Assembly: GCA_027604505.1 (NCBI GenBank)
Contig: JADIIX010000196.1
Span: 1 to 32,216, forward strand
Source of the DNA: Gonapodya sp. JEL0774
Taxonomy: Eukaryota
Direction: 5' to 3'
Length of the DNA stretch: 32,216 nucleotides
Part shown: one piece after another, positions 11,054-23,409 of the stretch
How positions within the stretch are numbered: the stretch's first letter is position 1
Layout of the letters: each line of letters opens with the position of its first letter
Position numbers and translations under genes: made by a program
Notes under the pieces: generated by a model
What the model was told of the DNA's origin: nothing
The model's database searches: none
The model's input: only the letters and a program-made list of their open reading frames with translations

Positions 11054-12990
11054 GAGGGAGGAGAAGTTCAGGCGGAGTAGCAATGGCAAATCTCATTCTC
11101 AATTTCAGTTGTTCGATATGTATTCGTAAGAGAAAAGATTGCGTTTTTCTCTTTTGCGGCTTCACAGGCGTTTTTGGGTGCTTAAAAGAGTCTACATGAG
11201 ACTTTCTTTCTTTCTCTGCAGCGAAATGAGGAGTTGAACTCTTAGAGTCATTGCTCAAAACGCCATCTTGCTCCTGTCTATCGTTCGGGGAGCGACACGG
11301 TTTGCACACCAGGTGGTTCAGCGCCTGTGTATTGGGGCAGCATTGCGTCCATGTGCCGTTGTCGACGCCGCTGTCGCGGGACAAGGATGAAGGGATCGAG
11401 GTGACGTGAGGCCATACCGACCAACAGAATGGCTATGTTTCATTTTGTTTGTTTGTTTGTTTCGTTGTGATACACTCTAGCAACCCCGAAAGAGTTTGTA
11501 CCGGCGCTGTGAAGCTCTGGACGAATGCCGCGAGGAGTTGGAGAACTTGATCGCTGTGCCGTAACACACTAGGCCAGAGAGTCGACAGGTACGGTGAGGT
11601 AACGTAAGTTACAGGATCGACCCAACCGTTCGACGTGTCCTTTATTTTGCTGTCGAGCCCCATCATCTGTAGGTGCGAAATTCTCGGTGCGAATTGTTGG
11701 GTCGCTCATCGCGATGACACAGGGGCCGGCGGGCCGCGGGGGGCCAGGGTTTAGGGGTTCCTGCACCTCTGCCGCCCCGCTCTCACACACGACCGCGTAC
11801 TCGACCCGATCCTCATTTTCGCGGTTACCAAGGACGCGACGACGGTGCGAAGGGAGGGGGGGGAGACGCCAAGAGAGAGAGGGAGAGGCGTAGGAAAGTG
11901 CGGACGACGATCGGTTCCCATGACCTGGCACCCTGGTGCCCTGGCGATCAAACTTCGGAGCATCGAATTGCTGGATCGATCGGGGTCCGGGGAGTAATTG
12001 TGTTTCGTTCAGGGTTCGGATTCGGTTCGTCGTTGTTTCGGTTCCGTTCGGCACCCGATTTCTGCGGGGCCTAGGACACGCCACTAGGAGGCCATTCACC
12101 GTGGTATCCCATAACAGCAGAGTGTACTTATCTGGCCTTTGCTTCCAAGTGCAGACGAAAAACGTTCATCCGGGTTCTCTCTCCCTTGTCCATACACTGG
12201 TCCAGCTCGGCCCAAAACTCCATAACCACACTTGTTGGGCACCCCCGTTCAAATTTGGTGTCCCGGTCCTCAGCCAGTGGTTCGGAGGACGTACCGTGTG
12301 CCGGACCCGCAGGAGTTCTCGTCCTGAGCTCGAGGAGAGTGCACAAGAGTCAGTAGAGCGTGCCTCGGCCCTAACCCGGTATCCCCATGAGCCAGGGACA
12401 CGTCTCGGATAACCCGCACTGCAGTGCTATATGACCATCGGCAAGGTGAGTCACCACGCATCGGAGAGGGTAACGACGGGGCAACGGGCAACGGACTGGT
12501 AATCCGAAGATGGCGGAGGATGAGCCGCAAGGGACGGGCAACAGTGGAGTACTCATCAAGGCCGTATAGCTTGATTGGCGCTCGACTTACGCAGTTTACT
12601 GGGCGGCCGAACTGTGGGCTGGGAGGAGAAGGAGCACCGGTGAAAATGTGACATCCCAAAGGATGCCTCAGTCCCTCATGCCTTCCCACCACCAACTTAC
12701 ACAACACACTGTGAACACATCTCGAATGTTGACAGGACAGCAAGATACTGGAGCCACGTATATAAAATTACTAGCGTTATCTTTTTGGAATCCAGTAATT
12801 GGTGTTCCCAGAGTGGATATCCCGCACGCGCGGGGTTCCTATAAATCGCTGGATACCCGAGAGAGGTAGATGTGTTGAAGGCGCACTTTCTGTCTGGTGA
12901 TATTATTACTCAGTCTTGTATCCGCGCTTGCTTGTGTCGTACAAGCTGTAGCTGTGCCGAAAGTGCATGGAGTTAGTCGCGCGAAATACA

Positions 12991-13054
12991 CACGTTCCAC
13001 TTCATTTTCACCGACAAATCCGCTTGATTCACTACTCTTTACCGACAGATTCTG
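12991..13054 (+). repeat. Dispersed direct repeat, copy 2 (partner at 2918-2980)
   Basis: cacgttccacttcattttcaccgacaaatccgcttgattcactactctttaccgacagattctg. Confidence 0.85.
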
Positions 13055-13416
13055 GTGGATGAAGAAGGGAGGGAGAGCTGGGAGTGGACAACAAATGTGG
13101 CAGCAGGTGTGCAGGGTGCAGGTGTGTGGTGGTGGGACAGGAAGCGGAGTCAAGGACACATCCATCGACCGGAAGCGACACAAGTTGCAGCAGGTGAGTG
13201 GGCGCAGTCAGTGGGAGTCCGCACTCTCTGCACTCGCACAGGCTGACGTGTCCCCTCCGCTGTGCCACTCCCCACTACCCTACCCACTCCCCATACACAC
13301 TCCCCCTACTCCCGCTACTCCCGCTCCTCCCCCCCCCCCCCCCCCCCCCCCGGCCCGAGCGTGGGGGCCCGAGGCGGGGAGGGAGGGGGCCCCCCGGGGA
13401 GGGGGGCGCGGCGCGG

Positions 13417-13426
13417 NNNNNNNNNN
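13417..13426. other. Assembly gap (10 N); the preceding ~90 bp of poly-C and G-rich sequence is probably low quality
   Basis: Run of N following a >20-nt C homopolymer. Confidence 0.95.
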
Positions 13427-13475
13427 TCCTCCAACCCACCCCCACCTCCCCCGGTCCAGATTTTACTCTCCAATC

Positions 13476-14573
13476 ATGGGTCGTCTTCACTCCAACGGGT
13501 ACGTATCTCCCCTCTCTCTCCTTCCCCCCCTCTCCCCCTCTCCCCCCCTCCCCCTCGCATAATGAAGCCTTCCGCCACACACGGAAACATGCACCATATA
13601 CACTCTCCCTTCCACCCCTCTGCCCAATGGACTCACGGAGGGGGACACCTCATCGGACACGACATACGGATCACTTGGCCACGTCGCCAACACATTTTGC
13701 GGACATGAGGATCGGATCCCCAATCTGGACTGAAATGTGGCCCCCGACTGAAGAGAGTCCCCCTCGTGCACTCCGCTCTCCTTCCCTCCCCATCCCTCGC
13801 CAATCCCCTCTTGCCCTCCTCCCTCTCTCTGTCTCCACCCTCACTCACTCACTCACTCTCCTCCATCTCTCCCCGCCTTCCCCACACACCCCCTATTCCC
13901 CCACTACAGAAAGGGTATCTCCTCCTCTGCCCTCCCCTACCGCCGCACTCCCCCCACATGGCTCAAGACCTCCCCCGAAGAGGTCGTCGACCAGATTGTC
14001 AAGCTCGCCAAAAAGGGCGCCACCCCTTCTCAGATTGGTGTCACCTTGAGGGATTCCCAGGGTATCGCCCAAGTCAGGTTTGTCACGGGGAATAAGATTT
14101 TGAGGATTTTGAGGACTCAGGGTGAGTAGTCCCGACCGAAGGGAGGGAGTCCGCCAAAGGCGAATTCTCCTTTGGCGCCTGTCCCGACCGAAGGGAGGGA
14201 GCCGCCGGAGGCGAATTATTCTCTTGTCCGAAGGGAGGGAGTCCGCCGGAAACGAATTATCCTCTGCGCCGAAGGCGATTGACCCTTCTATTGACCCTTC
14301 CCGTTCCCCCCCCCCCCCCCCCCCCTCCCCCCACGAACCTACAACACGCCAGGCATGGCCCCCGCCATCCCTGAAGACCTTTACCACCTGATCAAGAAGG
14401 CCGTTGCGATCCGCAAGCACTTGGAGCGGAACCGCAAGGACACGGACGGAAAGTTCCGGCTCATTCTGGTCGAGTCGAGGATCCACAGGTTGGCCAGGTA
14501 CTACAAGACCAGTGGGCAACTGCCCGCCAGTTGGAAGTACGAGAGCTCCACCGCCAGTGCGTTGGTGGCGTGA
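13476..14573 (+). CDS. RPS13: 40S ribosomal protein S13 (uS15)
   Basis: Exons 13476-13498, 13910-14121 and 14353-14573 give 151 aa: [20 protein letters not shown]...[13 protein letters not shown]...[44 protein letters not shown]...[10 protein letters not shown]. Confidence 0.99.
14129..14277 (+). repeat. Three ~45-52-bp tandem hairpin-rich units in RPS13 intron 2
   Basis: Units start at 14129, 14181 and 14226: gtcc(cgac)cgaagggagggag(t)ccgccRRaRRcgaatt. The array ends in cgccgaaggcg. Confidence 0.85.
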
Positions 14574-14600
14574 GCGGGGTCGGGGATGGGGTGGGGTAGT

Positions 14601-14657
14601 GTGGGGTTGTGGGTTGTGGGTTGTGGGTTGTGGGGTGTGGGGTGTTGGGTTGTGGGT
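14601..14657 (+). repeat. Imperfect (GTGGGTT)n simple repeat downstream of the RPS13 stop
   Basis: gtggggttgtgggttgtgggttgtgggttgtggggtgtggggtgttgggttgtgggt. Confidence 0.8.
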
Positions 14658-15210
14658 GGAGGGTGCAGGATGGACGGTGGAGGCTGGTGTTTTGGTTGGA
14701 CGGTGGCAGGCGTGTTTGGCGGGGTATCGGATGTGGTGGCCCGGCCTCCATACCACTATGGACACGACGTCCCACTCTCGGCGTGCCGTCCATCTGCACC
14801 GCACTCCGCGGGTCCACAATCACCACCAGCACCCCTCCTCCGCACTCGGCCCTCTTCCTTCTGCCCTCGTTCCGCCTTCCATCTGCCGTCTTCCCTCTGC
14901 CGTGGGCGGGATTGTACGTGGTGATGGATGGGCGTGGGCGTGGGGCGTGGACTCGGGGGAGCCGTGATGCGCTGTGCGCGGTGTGGTGCCCGACCGTGTG
15001 TGCTTTGTGTGTGATGTTTTTCGTGTGTCGTTTGTTGTTGTGGTGGTGGTGGTTGGATGGTGTATGCAAATATATCGAAAAGTCTTTCGAGGTTTCCGGG
15101 GTCGCCCCGGCGTTCGGTGTCGGTGTCGGGGTCAGGTGGCCCATGCTATCCATCTGCTTGAACCCCCCCCCCCCCCAACCACCCATCCCCATCCCCATCC
15201 CCATTCCCCA

Positions 15211-15378
15211 GACCACATTGGGGTGCTCACTTGCCACCCGTTTGATTGTCGGGCCCATGAGTAATTGTGTTGTGGACAGACAAACGGGGGAACCCCGCAC
15301 AAACCACGCAGAAGTGCTCGTGCCTCGTGTCCCGTGCCATCACCACGGCACAATGACTTGTGGGTTCCCTTAACACAC
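15211..15378 (+). ncRNA. Candidate box H/ACA snoRNA
   Basis: Hairpin 1 pairs ccaca/tgtgg, tgctca/tgagta and cccg/cggg. It is followed by H box AGACAA at 15278-15283, 14 nt from the top of the pocket. Hairpin 2 pairs gggaaccc/gggttccc and gtgcc/ggcac, followed by ACA at 15373-15375. The element is a complex-sequence island between C-rich tracts. Confidence 0.5.
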
Positions 15379-15550
15379 CAAACCCCCTGCCCCACCTGCC
15401 CAACCGCCCACCCGTCCCCCGTGCCCACCCTCTCCTCTGTCCCACATCTCTCACGTCAAAACTCATGAGCCGCTGTGAAGAGATATGGCAGTGTGAGATG
15501 GTCCACTCGTGACCTCATGACTCGTGGCGAGCGAACCCCTCTCCCTCCCG

Positions 15551-15592
15551 CACACCGCACACCGCACACCGCACACCGCACACCGCACACCG
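15551..15592 (+). repeat. (CACACCG)6 tandem repeat
   Basis: Six perfect 7-bp copies. Confidence 0.95.
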
Positions 15593-16250
15593 CGTACCGC
15601 CCGAACCGGCCCCACAGCCGTCGCCGTCGTGGTGTTGCACGCTATGTCACATACGTACGTACGTACCTGCACGCATGATGCCGATGCCACGGAGGGAGAA
15701 CGAACGCGCCGTACCGGCCCCCCCGCCGGCCGCCCGCCGCCTGCAGCCCGTGGTGCCAGTTGGCACGACCCACCCACCCGGAGCTGGACCACTGTAGCCC
15801 CGCTCAACAGAACCTCACAGCCTCGTCCAGTGATGGGACTCGGCGGCGAGATGGGGAGGTGGTGTGCGCGCGGGGGATCGGGTTGAGGTGGGGCGGGGCG
15901 GAGGGCGGAGGGCGGAGCCCATTGCTCATCGTTACACGTGTGGCCGAGTCCGATCTGACTCACACCGTGATAAATCGTCGGCGAGATGTCCCTGGAGAGG
16001 ATGGTCTACGCCGCCAGTCACACACCACACCACGCTTTGACGCTGGAACGTACCTGATTCACGAGAATTATTTTCGAAGGCACATCGCGGCTTTTTAGTC
16101 TGGACACTTATGCTCTTCGGAAATTCTTGTATGCTAGTCTTTTGTCGGACTATTCCACCTCTGCTTCAAAATGTGCACGTACTACTATGTCTGCAGTCTG
16201 TGAATAGATACATTGACACCAACTGTTCAGTTTTCATGTACCGTTAGTTG

Positions 16251-17973
16251 TTATGATCGACGTACGAGGTTCTGAACCTTTTCACACACATCGCCAACCG
16301 TCAGGCCCACCATCGCCTCACTCTGTTCTGGGGCTCCTACCGATCCTTTCAAATCCAATTCGGATACCACACCTATTGTTACCGTCAACGCGCGAGAGAA
16401 CACCTCCCCGACCTCGGTGGGTATGGCCCCGTCCCGCCACGAAACCACAGCCGATACGGCTGTCCCACTCACGTGCTCGCCCGCTGCGTCCGTGTCGGAA
16501 ACATGGCACCCGACGAGATCCACGCCGATCGCACTGCCCACAGGACTTGCCGTTTGCGCGAACCAGACTCGGTTCAGCGCCGATGCGAGGGGGGGGTCGA
16601 GAGGTGGGTTTCGGGGGAGAGCACCGAGGTTGGAGAGCTCCAAAGAGGCGAGAAAAGGTGTCGGGGAGAGTGATTGCTTTGTAAGGTAGCGTTCCCAGCC
16701 TGTCGGGGCGGGCTGCACGTGTCCGATCAACTTGGGATTGGGTGGAACAGGGTCGTCCAGTTTGAAATCGCTCTCAAGGCCGTCTGGAGTGTCGAGTTCG
16801 GGCAGGTATTTGAGCGCACCGATCTCGGTAGCACCTTCGCGCACGCTGGCTGGATCGTGCACCAGAAAATGGAGGTGGCCCACCAAACTCAGAAGCGATT
16901 TGGCACGTTCCGTGGCCACTGCGAAAGACCATGTCACTCCACCGACGTAATTGCCTGTGAGTGGAGGATGTCCGAGTTTGGGGTTGCGGAGGGAAATGGG
17001 AGTTTGAGTCGAGAGGCGGAGTGGAGGGTCCGACGCCGTGGAAGAGGGATGACTGGAATCCGCAGAGATCTGTGAGGTCGCCACGATTAGGGCAATGACA
17101 ATGCAAGCGTGGAAGATGGGGTGAATTGTTCCCGCGCCAGCAGCTTTGGAAATCTCTTTGAGACGGGCAGCGGCGGCAACAGGAACAGAGATTGCGATTC
17201 GGCGGACATCGCAATCAGCGGGTGGCCGCCCAAGAGGGCGATCCGCCGGCCACGCAGGGTCGTCAACAATGAGTCGACGTATGAAGGTTGGGAGATTCGG
17301 CACGACGAGTTCCTTGAACACCAGGCGAGCGATCTGATAGCCGCTGAGGTTGTACTCCGGGATAGTGTCTTCAGCACTTGGAGGAAGTTCACTTGTTGGC
17401 GATGGGTAAGTGGAAGAGTCGGAGAGCAGAGCGTGAAGCATGCTAAGTGTCGATCTTCCGTCACCAATGCAGTGGTGACAAGCGACGCATAAGAGGCTTC
17501 CCTGGCTCTTGGCACTTCCAGTAGCTGTCGGAAGTGGGCGTATAGTGACTCGGAGAAGCGGGCCCGTTCGGATGTTGAGAGTTTTTTGACTCAACGTGTG
17601 CTCTGCTGCAATCACGGCCGCGATGTCGTCCCCAGTTTGAAAAACCACCACAACATCTCTTGAATCCCACTTTCTCTCTGACTTGACCCACTTGGGCTTT
17701 CGTGTCCACCAATCTGTGACATTGCATTGCAAAAGCGGGTATGCTTCTATGAGGCGATCCACTTTGGGCGCTACCATGTTGAAGACGGTTTCTGAGGATA
17801 ATCCCGGCAGCTCCGCTGCACATACGACGATGGGGGGAAATCCAGACTGGGATCGTGCGAGGGAGTATCGCTCATGCAGGCCTGTCTCAAATCAAAGTTA
17901 CATCACACGTTTGGTTAGCGGGATATTGTTCCAGGAAACAGGGATTCCTGAACTCACTCAACAAGCGTTCCAT
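16251..17973 (-). CDS. CoA-dependent acyltransferase (alcohol acetyltransferase / condensation-domain-like), 548 aa
   Basis: Exons 17973-17958 and 17881-16251 (MERLLSLHERYSLAR...). Contains GPLLRV, the catalytic HHCIGDG (HHxxxDG) motif, PISLR..GNYV and ELSNLG. Confidence 0.85.
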
Positions 17974-18526
17974 CGTTCACGTTTTAAATTAGACTAGACG
18001 CTGGAGAGAATACTACAAACAGCTTCAGTTTCAAGCTGCATTTATTTAGCCTTCTCGGCTCGGGTTCCCATACATTCTGCCGAGTCTGCGGCAGTCCGAG
18101 GCAACTATGGAAGTCACAACATTACTCGGCCCTCACTAATACTATATATTTAGTCAGTCTCGTTTGAATACATTTTAGCCCAGTGAATCAGATTTTTTTT
18201 TGGGAGACCTCCCAGTCCTCTACTGTATGATGTAATTGCTTCCGTGTTCCGTTCCTGATCCAGGAACATCTGAGTTACATGTAACAGTGAGATTGCCAAT
18301 ACTTTCTTAAAATCTCTCATGAAAGTAAACAAAACAATTTTGTGTGGGATGGGGACTGAATGCTGAGGACTTGTTGTTTATGTCATGTGTTACCGTTTCA
18401 GCAAAAACCCAAACGGCAACGGGGAATTACATACTTACATACTGATTGCAAGCCATCGCTGGGGGTCCATAAAGCATCGCGTTGTCTCCGGATTCACAAA
18501 TTCATATTCCTTGCCGCGTTCCTTGA

Positions 18527-20864
<2,338 letters not shown>

Positions 20865-21458
20865 TGCATACGAACGGAATACATCTCGCATGGATTTAGA
20901 GGAACTCACTTGTGTCGAACCCGTTGTGACGGGTCACTCGCATAGAATCTATTCTTATAACATTTTGCTCTCCATTAATGTCTGGTACATAGGATTAGTA
21001 ATGAATTGTACTCATGTTTCCATCCGGAGCTCTTGCATTCCAATCACTGTAGAATCTCCCAGCCAAGAGATGAGGGCGGAGAAGCCATCGACTTCTGTAT
21101 TCGTTTACTTTCTTCGCTAATTCTGTCCTGCTGTGGATTCTTTAAAATGCTTGTTCGGTGATGCGGGAAGGTTTGGATTACATAATCCGACTTCGTTTCT
21201 GTAAATCCGTTCACTTCGCCAGCCAGCCATATTTATAACTCCAAGTGATTATACATTTATTTTAAGTTGAATTAGAACCTAGTTCAAGACATAGGAATGA
21301 CGTTGCTGAGAAAAGCGTTTTTTGAACAGATCAGGAGACAGCAAAAATGCGAAAACACCAAATGAACATTAATTATAGTCAGTAACCCCGGAAGACGTCC
21401 ATCCATTGCTTGTCCTTTTGCCTTAAAAATGCATTCCGTCTCCCCTGTCTCTCCCGTA

Positions 21459-22408
21459 TCACGCGACGCTGCCGTGCTCTGCGTTCAGCGTGCTCAACGT
21501 GGAAGCTCGATCTTTATCCCTTGAAGTATCCATCCGAAGTGACATGAAGGACTTGTGCTCAATTTTGGATGACGGGCGAGGGATGGAGAGTGAGTTGCGA
21601 ACAAAGAATGTGTCGCCTGATGACCTCGACAGGGTTGACGAGGTTGCAGAAGCCGGGGAGTATGTGCCGGAATCCCCCATGGACATTTCCATCTCACGCT
21701 GAAGCAGGTACGCAGCTTCAACTTTCTGGAGGAACTCCGCATTGGGTTCGACCACTTCTCCGAGCTGAGACCGCCCGACCGATAGCTTTCGTGCTTTCTC
21801 GAGGATAGCTTCATCGACTTCTGCACCACGACTGAGCAGCACCTGGACGACCTCCATGTTGGGAACAAGTTTGAAACTCTCGTGGGTCTCGCCATCCCCT
21901 TTCGGGCTTCTGTAGGAAAGGCTGGGACCGCGGCGGTTGAAGGCAATCATGCCCTGTGTGAGGGCCAAGTCGAGAGCGCTGGTAAACTCAAAGGTCCACA
22001 GCCATCTCCAGCGGTCCCAGTGCTGCTGAGTCCATTTCTTGCATGAATTTGGAATCATCCAAACCAATTCAGAATTCGGGTCGCATCCTTTTGTGAATCG
22101 AAAATATTAGTGCTTATTTGACCAAGGCATTGCAGCAAACCCGGCCGGACTTGGAAGAACGTACCAGCATCCAGGAGTTCCTTTACGATCTCTGCATTAC
22201 CGGACCGGACAGCCAAAGCCATAACTGGCTCAGCAGGAGCCCGTTTCTCGTAAGTAGCGCCAAATAGGCCTCCAACGCGGACTCGAAGGTTCACAGTCTT
22301 TCGCGCAACTGTGACATCGGCACCGCCACGAAGAGCCGCGCGAACCTGGGCCAGGCTGCCATTCTCAATAGCTGTAATCAGCTTTGCGTTTGTTCCTTCA
22401 CTGGCCAT
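21459..22408 (-). CDS. Ankyrin-repeat-like protein of a lineage-expanded type, 290 aa
   Basis: Exons 22408-22165 and 22087-21459. LITAIENGSLAQVRAALRGGADV, MALAVRSGNAEIVKELLDAGCDPN and EVVQVLLSRGAEV resemble ankyrin repeats; the tail is Ser-rich. Confidence 0.8.
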
Positions 22409-23409
22409 TGTGGTCCGCGGTTTTCGTCAGAGATTGCAGACTGGACCGGCACAATGGGGGGGGGAAAGGTGATGTAAGGGATTGCGCCCAGGGACAGGTC
22501 GTCTGCGAAGAAAAGATCCCACGCACGAAATGCACGCTCTCGTTGTTGGCTCCTGGACAGCGTGAAGTTCTTGAAGTCGATATAGTGACTTGAATGAGAG
22601 AATCCCTAATAATCACGAGAAATCTTTTGTTTTGTGGCGCCAGAAACGGAAGAACAGTTGCCACCCACACCCTGCGTATGTAAGGAACTTATGTAAAACT
22701 ATTTGCGATGGACAATTCCTTGCTAGTACGGTTCCCAAATCGACAGCTTTTCAACGATCAAGTACCTTATCCGGTTATCATCTTCCCTGGACATGAAAGT
22801 GGGGTGTACATATGTACGTACATATCTGAATGGGATCGTCGGTGGTGAGGGTCAAGATACCCCGCAGGAAAACTTGTTTACAACCCCGCATTGCCCACTT
22901 CCATTGCGTTTACATCGCTCATGAGAAGGAACAAAAAATTTCTGCATCTCGGTGAGGGGAACCGTGTGGCGTCTGAAAAAGTTGGCCCGTCCATCGCAGA
23001 CAGGGACTCTGGAGTGCCTCGTGGCTTTCCGTTTATGGAATGACGCGGACTGATCATCATACTGTTATGTACTCATTCAAATCCATAAACGCAGACAATT
23101 AATTGGCACAGTCACAAATAACATATGGGAGGCAATGAGCTGTGGCAAAATCTCGAGGAAAACAGCATTTGGGAGAAGACGGCGGTGTAATTCTGCCCCT
23201 CCTCTCTCTTCTTTTCGTCACGTAAAGCCACTTGAGGTTCAGACTCGGATAGAGGTACGCTATGCAATTAGTCATGAGTGTTGAATTTTCTGGTTTGCTT
23301 GAACCACTTTCGCTGGCTCTGTTCCTACTGCCGCCCCGGTGACCACCTCCCAACTGGTGACTCCCTAGCAAATGTCTTACCACGACATGAGTACCACTCC
23401 ACTGCGGTC

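Noticed and set aside
11400..12760. Short ORFs and GTTCGG-rich stretch (cagggttcggattcggttcg at ~12010) resembling a hAT terminus
   Set aside because: I found no matching inverted terminus or target-site duplication, and no recognisable protein motif.
13198..15963. Many long overlapping Pro/Gly-rich ORFs, also seen at 29446-31942
   Set aside because: These are stop-poor artefacts of GC-rich low-complexity DNA, or shadows of RPS13 and the helicase.
22807..22818. Palindrome gtacatatgtac upstream of the ankyrin gene
   Set aside because: A 12-bp palindrome is expected by chance in 32 kb.
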